In this document: positions 18,132 to 28,981 of the stretch, piece by piece
How positions within the stretch are numbered: position 1 is the first letter of the stretch
Layout: every line of letters starts with the position of its first letter
Origin: Candidatus Omnitrophota bacterium
GTDB lineage: Bacteria > Omnitrophota > Gorgyraeia > Zapsychrales > Zapsychraceae
NCBI GenBank assembly: GCA_015233195.1
Contig: JADFYE010000005.1
Coordinates: 12,122 to 76,121 of the forward strand
Direction of reading: 5' to 3'
DNA length: 64,000 nucleotides
Position numbers and translations under genes: made by a program
The notes under the pieces: model-generated
What the model was told of the DNA's origin: nothing
Database searches by the model: none
What the model saw: only the letters and a program-made list of their open reading frames with translations

Positions 18132-19625
18132 TTATCTTTTAGCTTTTTGCGTGAGTTGTTTTAGGCGATCAGATACTGTACGGGTTAACATTTTCTTTTC
18201 AGCTCTCCAAATCCAATTACCCTCTGTAGTAGCTGGAACATTCATCCTCGCGGTCTGGTCTAAACTCAAAACATCCTGCAAAGGAAACAGCGCTATTTGA
18301 GCAGCGGAGTCCATTGCAATTTTTATCAATGCCCAATTTATTTCTTTTCTGGGAACACGTTTTCCAATATACTCAAACACATTCATCTTTTCCTGTAATG
18401 TTGCTTCTTTTTTAAACCATCCCAATACAGTATTATTATCGTGAGTACCGGTATAAACCACACATTTACGCTTAAAATTATGCGGCAAATACGGATGAGT
18501 GTCCATGTTACCATTGAACGCAAATACTAAAATTTTCATACCCGGAAAACCAAATTTATCCATGGTAGCTACCACATCATCAGTAATCACTCCTAAGTCT
18601 TCAGCAATAATCGGTAAATGTGGAAACTTCTCCTCTACTGCAGTAAAAAATTCATCAGCCGGAACCGGCTGCCATTGACCATTAATCGCTGTAGGTTCTG
18701 AAACTGGCACTTGCCAAAAACCTACTAAGCCCCTGAAATGATCAATACGCACAACATCAAATAACTTCAAATTATGTTCTATCCTCCCCAGCCACCACTT
18801 AAATCCATCTGCTTGTAAAGCATCCCAATCATATAATGGATTACCCCAACGCTGACCAGTCTTACTAAAATAATCCGGCGGAACACCTGCCACAAACATT
18901 AAACGTTTTTGTTCGTCCAATTTAAAATACTGCGGATACGTCCACACATCTGAGCTGTCTTCACCGACATAAATTGGAATATCTCCAATTATTGAAACCC
19001 CTTTTTGATTACAATATTTTTTTAACTCCATCCATTGCGAAAAAAATACATACTGTAAAAATTTAACTTCTTCTAGCTTTTGGGAATATTTCTGCGCAAA
19101 ATCTCTTAATACCCGAGGATCACGGTCACGAATTTCTGCAGGCCAAGTATTCCACAACTGCTCTCCAACAATTTGTTTCAACACCACAAATAAAGCAAAA
19201 TCATCAAGCCAAAACGCATTATCTTTACAAAATTTTACAAAATCTTTTGTTGCCCCATTTTTATTTTTAAAAAAATTAGCATACGCCAAATCAAACAATT
19301 TAGTTTTAAACACCCGCACTGCAGGAAAATCAACTTTATCTTCCGAAAAATTTATACTCTCAATATCCTTCTTTTTTAACCATCCTTTTTCTATAAGTTT
19401 ATCCGGACTTATTAATATTGTATTCGACCCAAATGCTGAAAAACTACTGTAAGGCGAATTACCAAAAACATCGCTGGTCGGATTCAAAGGCAATATCTGC
19501 CAATATTTTTGTCCGCTTTGATTTAAAAAATCCACAAACGCATAAGCTTGCGGACCCAAATCGCCTATCCCATATTCTGACGGAAGCGATGTTATATGTA
19601 ATAAAATTCCACTGCCTTTTTTCAT
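18132..19625 (-). CDS. malQ: 4-alpha-glucanotransferase (GH77)
   Basis: GILLHITSLP, GVPPDYFS.TGQRWGNP, RIDHFRG, AEDLG and YTGTHDN. Confidence 0.95.
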   Translation of the reverse strand: MKKGSGILLHITSLPSEYGIGDLGPQAYAFVDFLNQSGQKYWQILPLNPTSDVFGNSPYSSFSAFGSNTILISPDKLIEKGWLKKKDIESINFSEDKVDFPAVRVFKTKLFDLAYANFFKNKNGATKDFVKFCKDNAFWLDDFALFVVLKQIVGEQLWNTWPAEIRDRDPRVLRDFAQKYSQKLEEVKFLQYVFFSQWMELKKYCNQKGVSIIGDIPIYVGEDSSDVWTYPQYFKLDEQKRLMFVAGVPPDYFSKTGQRWGNPLYDWDALQADGFKWWLGRIEHNLKLFDVVRIDHFRGLVGFWQVPVSEPTAINGQWQPVPADEFFTAVEEKFPHLPIIAEDLGVITDDVVATMDKFGFPGMKILVFAFNGNMDTHPYLPHNFKRKCVVYTGTHDNNTVLGWFKKEATLQEKMNVFEYIGKRVPRKEINWALIKIAMDSAAQIALFPLQDVLSLDQTARMNVPATTEGNWIWRAEKKMLTRTVSDRLKQLTQKAKR

Positions 19626-19626
19626 A

Positions 19627-22059
19627 TTATCTCCTCAATTTCACTTGTAAAACTTTCCCCAACTTATCAAAAGACTCGATCCAAAATTTCGCAGCCACAT
19701 CGTTCTTAACTGCTTTCTCATATTTCAAATGATAAACTGCTTTACCAATTTTAAAATATATATTCTGCGCCCTCCAAATATCCAAAGTAAATGATAGCCG
19801 ATTCAGCAATCTAATGATAGATTCAATATTTCCAATCAACAAAGTGTCTTCCGGATTTTCTTTCATTTTCTCCATTAAAATCGATATACGTTTACTCGCC
19901 TTCAATGAAATGGTTTCTTTATCCCGCATAAATCCCCAGCGCAGCATCTCATTAACCAGCCTCTCTAATTTAGAGACATCAATGTTATCATCCTCGATAG
20001 TATCCATTAAATCACGGTTCAAAATAAACTCAACTGTCATAGCTAAAGGCTTAGGTAAAGGAACACGGATACGATCCCGCAGCTGCATCAGAGGATAATA
20101 TTGATCATATATCTGACGGAAATTAGCTTCAATCAGCTCAACCGTCTCCTCAAATATTTTATTAAGGGCTAATCCTTGCTCATGCTGGAATAAATCCCAC
20201 AAAGTATACGTATGCGCGCCAAAAGAACTATTTATCAATTTTATCAACTCTGGCACATCATTATTTTTAAAAACTTTAGTTATCTGAGAACACATATTAT
20301 CAAAGTAGACCTGATCCACATGTTCCCTTAATCCGCAGGTAATATTATGATCACCTAAATGCAAAACTGCGAATTCTATCATTTTCCCCTCTGTAGTCAT
20401 TTCAGAACGAATAAAAGCCTGACCTATCAACAGAATTTGTTTACCCTGCGTTTCTCTTTGATATTTTTGCGGATCAGCAGTAAACGCATAAATCCGGATT
20501 TTTTTTGAATGATCTCCAAACAAAGAACAGATCGCGTAATGAGCACCGACTTTTAACAGATCGATCACCGCAGGTTTAACTTTTTTTAAATATATATTCT
20601 TTCCATCGCGAAACTGCGGAATATTGCTGTTTGCATATTTGATTTTATCCAAAAACATTGGTTCTAAGTCTATCTCTGCAACGTCATTCGCTAATTGCAT
20701 AGCCCGTGCAGCATACTGCATTATCTGTACTGGTTCTAGACCAGAAATATCGTCGAAAAACCAGCCACAGCTGGTGAACATCAATAAAGCATAACGCTGC
20801 ATTTCAAGCAATTTCAGAATTTTTACCCGTTCAATTGCATTTATACTTTCTTTAAAATTAGTCTGAAAAAATTTTTCTATATTTTCTGTAGACCTATCCA
20901 AAACTACATCAATATATTTATTGCGTATTAACCACGGATTATTTGTAAATACAGTCATTTCCTTGTCGAATACTCTAACCAGTTCATCCCTCAGCCAATT
21001 CATAGTATCCCGCAAAACGGAACGCCACTTTTGATTCCATCCAGCTTTTTTTGCAATACAGCAACCACAATCTTTCTCCCAGCGTCCTACTCCATGGCTG
21101 CAACTCCAAGCTGATCTTTCAATAATTTTAACTTCAAATTTCGGAGGACATTTTTCTAAAAATTCACCATACACAGTTATCTTTGCCAAATTATTCCGCT
21201 CAACATGATCAAACAAATACGATAAAGCCATATTCCCAAATTTTTGATGATGACCATATGTCTCTCCGTCAGTAGCAATATGCGACAACAACGGCATATC
21301 ACTATGGTCAGGAAATACAGATAACAGTCGATGAGCAAAACCCTCACCATTTTTTAATACATCTCCAAAAGCCACATCTTGAGATATTGGACCATCATAA
21401 AAAAATATAATTATGTTTTTCCCCGAAGGTAATTTACATAAATAAGGTATTTTAGGATCAATTTTTGCTCCGACAATATCTTTCCACTGGTCGTCAAAAC
21501 CTAGAGGTTTTATTTGCGCTGCCTGATAAGGACTTAAAATCGTATACTTAATGCCCATCTCTACCAAAAGATCCAAAGTTTGCAAATCAACTGCAGTTTC
21601 AGCTAGCCACATCCCTTCAGGCTTTCTAGCGAATCTATACTCAAAATCTTTAATACCCCAAAGTATCTGAGTATATTTATCGTTAGTATTAGCCAAAGGC
21701 ATAATTATATGATTATAGACTTGAGCAATCGCAGAACCATGTCCATTAAAACGCTTCAAACTTTCTTTATCAGCGTCCAATATAGCCTGATAAACTTTAG
21801 GTGAATTATGCTGCATCCAGGAAAGCAAGGTAGGTCCAAAATTAAAACTCATTTTGGAATAATTATTGACTATATCAACGATACGCTCTTCAGTATCAAG
21901 AATACGTGAAGCAGAATTTGGCTCATAACATTCAGCAGTAATTCTTTCATTCCAATCCCGATATGGATGCGCAGAATCCTGAATCTCAATAGCATCGAGC
22001 CACGAGTTTTCCCGTGGAGGCTGATAAAAATGTCCATGAATACAAATATATTTTTCCAT
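19627..22059 (-). CDS. GH57-family glycoside hydrolase with DUF3536-type C-terminus
   Basis: HGHFYQPPRE, GMWLAET, ATDGETYGHH, WSCSHGVGRW and MFTSCGWFFDD. Confidence 0.88.
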   Translation of the reverse strand: MEKYICIHGHFYQPPRENSWLDAIEIQDSAHPYRDWNERITAECYEPNSASRILDTEERIVDIVNNYSKMSFNFGPTLLSWMQHNSPKVYQAILDADKESLKRFNGHGSAIAQVYNHIIMPLANTNDKYTQILWGIKDFEYRFARKPEGMWLAETAVDLQTLDLLVEMGIKYTILSPYQAAQIKPLGFDDQWKDIVGAKIDPKIPYLCKLPSGKNIIIFFYDGPISQDVAFGDVLKNGEGFAHRLLSVFPDHSDMPLLSHIATDGETYGHHQKFGNMALSYLFDHVERNNLAKITVYGEFLEKCPPKFEVKIIERSAWSCSHGVGRWEKDCGCCIAKKAGWNQKWRSVLRDTMNWLRDELVRVFDKEMTVFTNNPWLIRNKYIDVVLDRSTENIEKFFQTNFKESINAIERVKILKLLEMQRYALLMFTSCGWFFDDISGLEPVQIMQYAARAMQLANDVAEIDLEPMFLDKIKYANSNIPQFRDGKNIYLKKVKPAVIDLLKVGAHYAICSLFGDHSKKIRIYAFTADPQKYQRETQGKQILLIGQAFIRSEMTTEGKMIEFAVLHLGDHNITCGLREHVDQVYFDNMCSQITKVFKNNDVPELIKLINSSFGAHTYTLWDLFQHEQGLALNKIFEETVELIEANFRQIYDQYYPLMQLRDRIRVPLPKPLAMTVEFILNRDLMDTIEDDNIDVSKLERLVNEMLRWGFMRDKETISLKASKRISILMEKMKENPEDTLLIGNIESIIRLLNRLSFTLDIWRAQNIYFKIGKAVYHLKYEKAVKNDVAAKFWIESFDKLGKVLQVKLRR

Positions 22060-22070
22060 GAGCACCTGAA

Positions 22071-24152
22071 TTATTGACTATTTGAAGGCGGCTGTTCCGG
22101 CAATATCCAATCAACCGGTCCACCTATAGAAGAAGGCGCATCAAACGAATACTTATTTTTTCCATCAGTCCCATCTTGTATTCCCCGAGCAAACATTACA
22201 TCTTCAACTTGTTGCTTTCGGCTTTTAGGAGGAGTTTCTGGAATGCGGCGCTTAAAATAAAGCACGCCTAAAGGCGGTATGGTCAATTGAATACTATGTT
22301 TCCGTCCATGATGAGGTATCGGCTTAGATTGAACCCCTCCCAAATTACCCATACCAGCACCCCAATATTCTTTTGCATCAGAATTTAATATCTCTTGCCA
22401 AAACCCTGAAGCTGGAACACCTATCCGATAATTTGTATGCGGAGAAGGCGTAAAATTGCAGACCACTAAAATCACATCACGTTTATTTTTTCCCTTACGC
22501 AAAAAACTTATAATACTTCGTTCCCAATCTCCAGCGTCGATCCACTCAAATCCGTTAAAAGTAAAGTCATCTTCATACAAGGCTGGTTCAGACCGGTAAA
22601 TTTTATTAATTTCTTTCATCAACAAATGGACCCCTTGGTGCGATTCATGCTGCAATAAATGCCAATCTAGTTGAGCATTATTGTTCCACTCATTCCGCTG
22701 AGCCAATTCTACTCCCATAAATAAAAGTTTCTTACCCGGATGACCGTACATATATGCTAATAATGCACGTAGATTCGCAAATTTTTGCCAATCATCACAA
22801 GGCATCTTACTTAACAATGAACCCTTACCATGCACGACTTCGTCATGAGATAAAGAAAGTAAAAAATTCTCCGTATACGCATAAAGCATACTAAAAGTAA
22901 GTTCATTCTGATGAAATTTACGATAAATCGAATCTTTCTTAAAATATTCCAAAGTGTCGTGCATCCATCCCATATTCCATTTCATGCCAAACCCCAAACC
23001 TCCACAAGAAGTCGGGCGCGAAACATTCCCCCAAGCTGTTGACTCTTCTGCGATCATTTGAACATCAGGATAAAATTTATAAACATTTTCATTTAACGCC
23101 CTTAAAAATACTATTGATTCTAAATTCTCATTTCCGCCATAAATATTCGGCGACCAGCCTCCATGCTGCCGGGAATAATCCAAATACAACATCGAAGCTA
23201 CTGCGTCAACCCGCAATCCATCAGCATGATATTTATCAAACCAAAACAAAGCGCTGGAAATCAAAAATTCTTTTACCTCGTTACGACCATTATTAAAAAC
23301 ACAACAATTCCAATCCGGATGAACGCCTTTACGCGGATCACTATGTTCAAATACATGCGACCCATCAAAAAAATATAACCCATGCGCGTCAAAAGGAAAA
23401 TGTGACGGAACCCAGTCTAATAAAACGCCAATATTATTCTGGTGCAATTTATCTATCAATAACATTAACTCTTGTGGAGTGCCAAAAAAAGGAGTGGGAC
23501 CAAAATATCCTAGAACTTGATACCCCCAAGAATTAAAAAATGGATGATCCATGATAGGCATAAATTCAACATGGGTATAACCCATTTCTAAAATATATGG
23601 AACAAATTCTTCAGCTAATTCGGTGTAAGTTAAATACCGGTTATTATCATCAGTTTTCCTGCGCCAAGATCCAACATGCATTTCATAAATTGAAAATGGA
23701 GCATTAAGCGCGTTTTTTTTCGCTCGAGTCTGCATCCATTCTTGATCACCCCAGGTATAACTAAGATCCCATACTTTTGAAGCGGTTTGCGGCGGTTTTT
23801 CACTAAATGATCCAAACGGATCCTTTTTCTCAGTCTTAAAATTATGCTCTCTTGACTCCATAAAAAATTTATATATATCACCTACTTTGACACCAGGGAT
23901 AAATCCCTCCCAAATCCCAGAGTAATCCCAACGCACAAATAATGGATGTTCACCTCTATTCCAACCATTAAAATTACCCACTACTGAAACAAATTTAGCG
24001 CTTGGAGCCCAAACCGCAAAAAATACCCCATCCTGACCATTAACATTCATGGCATGAGCGCCTAAATGATCATAAAGTCGAAAATGACTACCTTCTTTAA
24101 AAAGATAGATATCTTGATCTGTTAATAGACTATGTGGTATTACAGTACCCAT
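22071..24152 (-). CDS. glgB: 1,4-alpha-glucan branching enzyme
   Basis: FAVWAP, DWVPSHF, DGLRVDAVASM, AEEST and SHDEVVHGK. Confidence 0.95.
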   Translation of the reverse strand: MGTVIPHSLLTDQDIYLFKEGSHFRLYDHLGAHAMNVNGQDGVFFAVWAPSAKFVSVVGNFNGWNRGEHPLFVRWDYSGIWEGFIPGVKVGDIYKFFMESREHNFKTEKKDPFGSFSEKPPQTASKVWDLSYTWGDQEWMQTRAKKNALNAPFSIYEMHVGSWRRKTDDNNRYLTYTELAEEFVPYILEMGYTHVEFMPIMDHPFFNSWGYQVLGYFGPTPFFGTPQELMLLIDKLHQNNIGVLLDWVPSHFPFDAHGLYFFDGSHVFEHSDPRKGVHPDWNCCVFNNGRNEVKEFLISSALFWFDKYHADGLRVDAVASMLYLDYSRQHGGWSPNIYGGNENLESIVFLRALNENVYKFYPDVQMIAEESTAWGNVSRPTSCGGLGFGMKWNMGWMHDTLEYFKKDSIYRKFHQNELTFSMLYAYTENFLLSLSHDEVVHGKGSLLSKMPCDDWQKFANLRALLAYMYGHPGKKLLFMGVELAQRNEWNNNAQLDWHLLQHESHQGVHLLMKEINKIYRSEPALYEDDFTFNGFEWIDAGDWERSIISFLRKGKNKRDVILVVCNFTPSPHTNYRIGVPASGFWQEILNSDAKEYWGAGMGNLGGVQSKPIPHHGRKHSIQLTIPPLGVLYFKRRIPETPPKSRKQQVEDVMFARGIQDGTDGKNKYSFDAPSSIGGPVDWILPEQPPSNSQ

Positions 24153-24285
24153 GGATTCCCCCAAAAAATTTCAACCTAAATTTCGATAACCCCTGAAATT
24201 ACAATATCTTAAAAACGTTCAATTGTATCATAAGAATTTTAAAAAATGAATTATTTTTTATTTTATAAACAAAACTTTTAATTAC

Positions 24286-25470
24286 TTACGCAGCTTCTAG
24301 GCGGGCAAATATTGCAGTATCCATACTCTCCATGTCAATAACCGGAACAGGTCTGGATAAGAAATATCCTTGAACAGCATCAACTCCTAATTGTTTTACT
24401 GCTTCCAATTCTTCTTTCTTTTCAATCCCTTCAGCAATAGACAAAATTTTGTTCTCCTGACAAAAACGTACAATAAACCTTACAATACTCATTTTTATTG
24501 TGTCTTTATGAATATTAGTAACTATATGTCTATCAATCTTTAATACTTCTGGACGCGTTCTTACTATTGATTCCAAACTTGCATATCCGCTGCCTACATC
24601 ATCTACCGCAAATCTAAAACCATTCTGGCGATAAATAGCCAAATGCTCAAAAAAACGGTCGTCATTTGATATAGCGGAACGCTCAGTAATTTCCAATACC
24701 ACTTCATCTGGAGTTATACCTGAATCTTTAAATATCGAATTTACTTCAATAAAACGTGCATCTTCTACCCAAAATGGGTTACAATTCAAAAAAAGTTTTT
24801 TGCCCTTCAACTTCGAACTAGCACTTTTTACAGCTTTTTGCCAGGATAACAATTCCAGATCAGAATAAAAACCATATTGTATACCCCATTTAAATAATAT
24901 TTCAGGGTTAGAAAGTAAGCCTGTAACTTGTGGACGAGCTAAAGCTTCGAATCCATACACTTTTGAAGTTTTTAATAAAAATATCGGCTGAAATGCGGGT
25001 ATCATTAATTCATTATCAACTATATGCCTTAACTGTTTTATTATTGACTCACTTTGTACTGCAGGATCAGCTTCAGAATAACTGTGGGAACGCCGCATAA
25101 CTGATTCGATACGAGCTAAAAGTTCTTCAAATTTAAATGGCTTGGTAAGATAATCATCTGCTCCTGAATAAAGAGCATCAGTTATATCATTAGGAGCTGA
25201 TTTAGCACTTAATATTACAACCGGTAAAGTTTGTGTCTTTGCATCCGCTCTTATCTTTTTTAATACCTCTAATCCGTTTTCATCCGGAAGAATAATATCC
25301 ATTATTATAAGATCGGTTTTAGCTGGGGATATTTTTTCAAACATCTCTTCACTGGAATTAGCCACTGAAACATCATATTCCCTCGATACTAGCAGCATCT
25401 TAAGCATTGATGCAACGGCAATATTGTCATCAACAATTAGAATATGCCTTCTTGATCTCGGAATATTCAT
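24286..25470 (-). CDS. Response regulator (REC) + EAL c-di-GMP phosphodiesterase
   Basis: ILIVDD..MDIILP..KPF; FEALAR, LEITE, DDVGSGYASL, AEGIE and QGYFLSRP. Confidence 0.9.
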   Translation of the reverse strand: MNIPRSRRHILIVDDNIAVASMLKMLLVSREYDVSVANSSEEMFEKISPAKTDLIIMDIILPDENGLEVLKKIRADAKTQTLPVVILSAKSAPNDITDALYSGADDYLTKPFKFEELLARIESVMRRSHSYSEADPAVQSESIIKQLRHIVDNELMIPAFQPIFLLKTSKVYGFEALARPQVTGLLSNPEILFKWGIQYGFYSDLELLSWQKAVKSASSKLKGKKLFLNCNPFWVEDARFIEVNSIFKDSGITPDEVVLEITERSAISNDDRFFEHLAIYRQNGFRFAVDDVGSGYASLESIVRTRPEVLKIDRHIVTNIHKDTIKMSIVRFIVRFCQENKILSIAEGIEKKEELEAVKQLGVDAVQGYFLSRPVPVIDMESMDTAIFARLEAA

Positions 25471-25711
25471 ATACACCTCAACATGTTTTTCTGTATTTAG
25501 TATAAAACATTATTGAAAGAATTAACAGCCAAATTTAAAGCTATTATTGATTTAATAGAAAAGTTGTTTTTATAAATCATTTATTTTCAATATGTTATAA
25601 AACTGGTCTTGCCTAAAGTAAGCGATTACTTATTTTCAAAAATCACCTACATACGACTAAAGCATTACTAATTCGAAAATATGGAAATGAAAGATAATAA
25701 GCATAAAAACA

Positions 25712-26242
25712 TTAGTTAGAACATTTCTTATATATCAAAAACTTAAAAGAAATATCTGCGGATTTTATTTGTGGGGATTCTAATACAAGATAAAACCTAT
25801 CATCAAATTTAGGGAAATGCGCGTCACAATCAAAAGTTTGATCTATACGAGTAATATATAATTTTTCACAAGCCTTGTGTTCTATCGCCTGTTCATAGAC
25901 TTGCTGACCGCCAATAACAAAAATATTATCTACTCCTTTATTCTCTAAAATCTTCAAAGCTTCGTCTAAACCATTAGCGTTTAAAACATCTTTAGGTAAT
26001 TTTAAATTATTATTTCTGGTAAGAACCACATTAATCCTATCTTTTAATGGCTGAAAATTTTTAGGAATAGATTCCCACGTCTTACGTCCCATAATAACCG
26101 CGTTACTTGCCCCCTTATTCAAAACAAAAGTGGTAACTTGTTTAAAATATTTCAAATCAGCAGAAATATGCCAAGGCAAGTGTCCGCTCTTACCAATCCC
26201 ATTATTTTTATCAATCGCGACAACAATATTAAATTTTTTCAT
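25712..26242 (-). CDS. folA: Dihydrofolate reductase
   Basis: GIG..G.LPW, IMGRKTWESIP, PL.DRINVVL and VIGG. Confidence 0.95.
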   Translation of the reverse strand: MKKFNIVVAIDKNNGIGKSGHLPWHISADLKYFKQVTTFVLNKGASNAVIMGRKTWESIPKNFQPLKDRINVVLTRNNNLKLPKDVLNANGLDEALKILENKGVDNIFVIGGQQVYEQAIEHKACEKLYITRIDQTFDCDAHFPKFDDRFYLVLESPQIKSADISFKFLIYKKCSN

Positions 26243-26248
26243 AATATC

Positions 26249-27064
26249 CTAAACAGCTATTGGAAATTTTATAAATGGATCATGCTCATACCCGATTAAT
26301 TCTATATCTTCAAACTTCATATCCAAAACTTTTTTATCTGCAATCTTAACCTGCGGTAATTTTTTAGGAGCACGTTTCATTTGCTCTTTAAGCCCGTCAA
26401 TATGATTTAAATAAATGTGCGCGTCACCTAAAGTATGTACAAAAACCCCAGGAGTTAATCTGCATTCCTGGGCTACCATTGCCAACAATAAAGCATAACT
26501 GGAAATATTAAATGGTACGCCAAGCGCGATATCCGCAGAACGCTGATAAAGCTGGCAATCTAACCTGCCGTTAACTACATAAAATTGAAAAAACGCGTGA
26601 CAAGGCGGTAAAGCCATTCTCTCAATGTCAGCCACATTCCACGCGCTCACAATAAGTCGTCGGGAATCTGGAGTTTTTTTGATCATATCGATAACTTGAG
26701 TTATCTGATCAACGTGTGATTTAATATAATTTTTAGTTTTGTCATCTTGAGTAAATTTTTCCCACTTTCGCCATTGATATCCGTATATAGGACCAAGCTC
26801 ACCATTTTCTTTAGCCCACGCGTCCCAAATAGGAGTATGTTGTTTCAAATCATCATTTATATTAGTCGATCCTCTTAAAAACCAAACTAATTCTCTTACT
26901 ACAGCAGAAAACAAAACTTTTTTAGTAGTTACAATCGGGAAGCCTTCACGCAGATCAAAACGCATTTGATATCCAAACACCGAGATGGTTCCCACGCCAG
27001 TACGGTCTTCTTTTCTCTCACCATTTTCAATAACATATTTAACCAAATCTAAATATTGTTTCAT
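26249..27064 (-). CDS. thyA: Thymidylate synthase
   Basis: DRTGVGT, MALPPCH, YQRSAD..LGVPFN and GDAHIY. Confidence 0.96.
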   Translation of the reverse strand: MKQYLDLVKYVIENGERKEDRTGVGTISVFGYQMRFDLREGFPIVTTKKVLFSAVVRELVWFLRGSTNINDDLKQHTPIWDAWAKENGELGPIYGYQWRKWEKFTQDDKTKNYIKSHVDQITQVIDMIKKTPDSRRLIVSAWNVADIERMALPPCHAFFQFYVVNGRLDCQLYQRSADIALGVPFNISSYALLLAMVAQECRLTPGVFVHTLGDAHIYLNHIDGLKEQMKRAPKKLPQVKIADKKVLDMKFEDIELIGYEHDPFIKFPIAV

Positions 27065-27075
27065 TTAATAACCTT

Positions 27076-27945
27076 TCAAGTCCCTTTTTTAAATAAAATA
27101 GCGTTCCAGTCTTTGCCTTTTTTAACACTTACTGGCTTTAATGATTGCGCAAAAACCATTTTAACTTTCTTAAAATTATCGTGTGAAATTCCTGAAACAG
27201 CCAAATATCCGCCAATTTTAACACACTTAATAATCTTATCCGCCATAGCTAATAGTTCTAAAGAAACCAAATTAGCCGCTACCAAATCAAATTTTTTATT
27301 AATTTTACTTCCCCCAAAATCTCCAGTAAGTAAAACATAATCATTATATCCGTTAAACCGTAAATTTTCATCCGCATTTTTTATACAATCTTCACTAATA
27401 TCCAAAGCCATCATATCCGTAGCTCCGCAATTTAAAGCAACTAAAGCTAAAATTCCTGTACCAGTACCAATGTCCAAAAAAGAATTAAATTTTCCCTTTA
27501 AAGATTCAATTAACTCCGACATAAAACGGGTAGTTTCATGCATGCCTGTGCCAAATGCCAAATTACTATCAATATAAATAATCTTTTTAGATTTTTTATG
27601 ACAATATGTGGATTTTAACCAGGCAGGAACTACTACAATATCAGACGTTAAAGCAAAAGGCTTAAAATCTTCTTTCCATTTATTCTGCCAATACTCATTA
27701 TCCATTTCAGAATATCGCGCGATTACATGCTTCAAATTTAATTTTTTAAACTTATCCAAAATATTCTTTGATCTCGAGGAAGAAGAGGAAAAAACCATTA
27801 AAGAAATATTTTTTTTAGTAACCCTTTCAATAATCGCATATCGATCAATTTTTAAATCCAAAACTAAAACATCCCGTAAAATATCAGCAGCGCCTAATAA
27901 ATCCGCAGTTTTTATTAAAAAAGTTATTTGAAAAGTTTTTGACAT
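27076..27945 (-). CDS. prmA: Ribosomal protein L11 methyltransferase
   Basis: W...WK..FKP, AFGTGMHETT and LDIGTGTGIL. Confidence 0.88.
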   Translation of the reverse strand: MSKTFQITFLIKTADLLGAADILRDVLVLDLKIDRYAIIERVTKKNISLMVFSSSSSRSKNILDKFKKLNLKHVIARYSEMDNEYWQNKWKEDFKPFALTSDIVVVPAWLKSTYCHKKSKKIIYIDSNLAFGTGMHETTRFMSELIESLKGKFNSFLDIGTGTGILALVALNCGATDMMALDISEDCIKNADENLRFNGYNDYVLLTGDFGGSKINKKFDLVAANLVSLELLAMADKIIKCVKIGGYLAVSGISHDNFKKVKMVFAQSLKPVSVKKGKDWNAILFKKGT

Positions 27946-27951
27946 TACAAG

Positions 27952-28971
27952 TTATATTAAAGATACCTTATTCTTTCCAGTTTTTTTAGCCTCATACATG
28001 CCCTTGTCAATCTTAGTGATCAGATCTTTAGCAGTTTCCACATCAGTATCTGGTCTGCCTCCTACCCCTATACTCAAAGTACAAAAAGGCATACGTATAG
28101 ATTCGTCATGCACCAGTTCAAAAAAAAGTTTCTGAATACGTTCAGCCGCAGTAATAGCATTTACTTTATTAGTTTCCGGTAAAATAACCATAAATTCATC
28201 TCCGCCATAACGCCCGACAATATCTACTTCACGTAAATGACTTTTTATTAATGCTGCGGTTTTTTTCAAAACTGCATCACCTTTTTGATGACCGTATTTA
28301 TCATTTACCTGCTTAAAATTATCCATATCGATCATCATACACGACAGATCCAAACGATAACGCTTTGCACGCGCAACCTCTTCTTCTAAACGATAACGAA
28401 TTGCAGAATGGTTCAAGACATTTGTCAATCCGTCAGTTTGAGCCAGTTGTTTCAAATGGCGCTCATAGCGTTTTTGAACCGATATATCCTGTAAAGTCAC
28501 AATTACTCTTTTCCAAGAATTCTTGTATACTTCAGGTACAGATACTTTAAGCCGCACATCATACAATCGTCCAGTCAGCGTCCGACTTTTAAATTCCGTT
28601 TCAAATGTATCGTTACCATTAAGTAATGCTGAAAACTCCTCAACCAAAGTGTTCAGAGCAGACTTATGCACCACTTTCCCCAAATTATCAATTAGTTGTG
28701 CTTTAGTTTTTGCGCCGTACAATTTAACTGCAGCCAAATTAACATCTACAATTTTTAATTTCCGAAAAGTATCTTTTACCAATTTAGGATGATCGAATAA
28801 ATATTTCCGGTAATCTTCAACCTTATATTTTTCTAAATAAGATTTAAGATTTGCTAACGCTGAAAAATCCTCTTCCCAAATCGCAATCGGTGAATAATCA
28901 AAAATTAACTTTAACCGGTCATAATCATAATTATCTTTTACAGTTGAAATCTTTTGTGAAGAGCTCGCCAT
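27952..28971 (-). CDS. PAS-GGDEF diguanylate cyclase
   Basis: PAS-like N-terminus; D.DNFKQVND.YGH..GD; RxxD I-site (REVD) followed by RYGGDEF. Confidence 0.9.
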   Translation of the reverse strand: MASSSQKISTVKDNYDYDRLKLIFDYSPIAIWEEDFSALANLKSYLEKYKVEDYRKYLFDHPKLVKDTFRKLKIVDVNLAAVKLYGAKTKAQLIDNLGKVVHKSALNTLVEEFSALLNGNDTFETEFKSRTLTGRLYDVRLKVSVPEVYKNSWKRVIVTLQDISVQKRYERHLKQLAQTDGLTNVLNHSAIRYRLEEEVARAKRYRLDLSCMMIDMDNFKQVNDKYGHQKGDAVLKKTAALIKSHLREVDIVGRYGGDEFMVILPETNKVNAITAAERIQKLFFELVHDESIRMPFCTLSIGVGGRPDTDVETAKDLITKIDKGMYEAKKTGKNKVSLI

Positions 28972-28981
28972 AATAAATCCT

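Noticed and set aside
25568-25602. Possible dif/Xer site (TTTTATAA...TATGTTATAAAA)
   Set aside because: Only a partial XerD-arm resemblance in very AT-rich DNA, and there is no strand switch here
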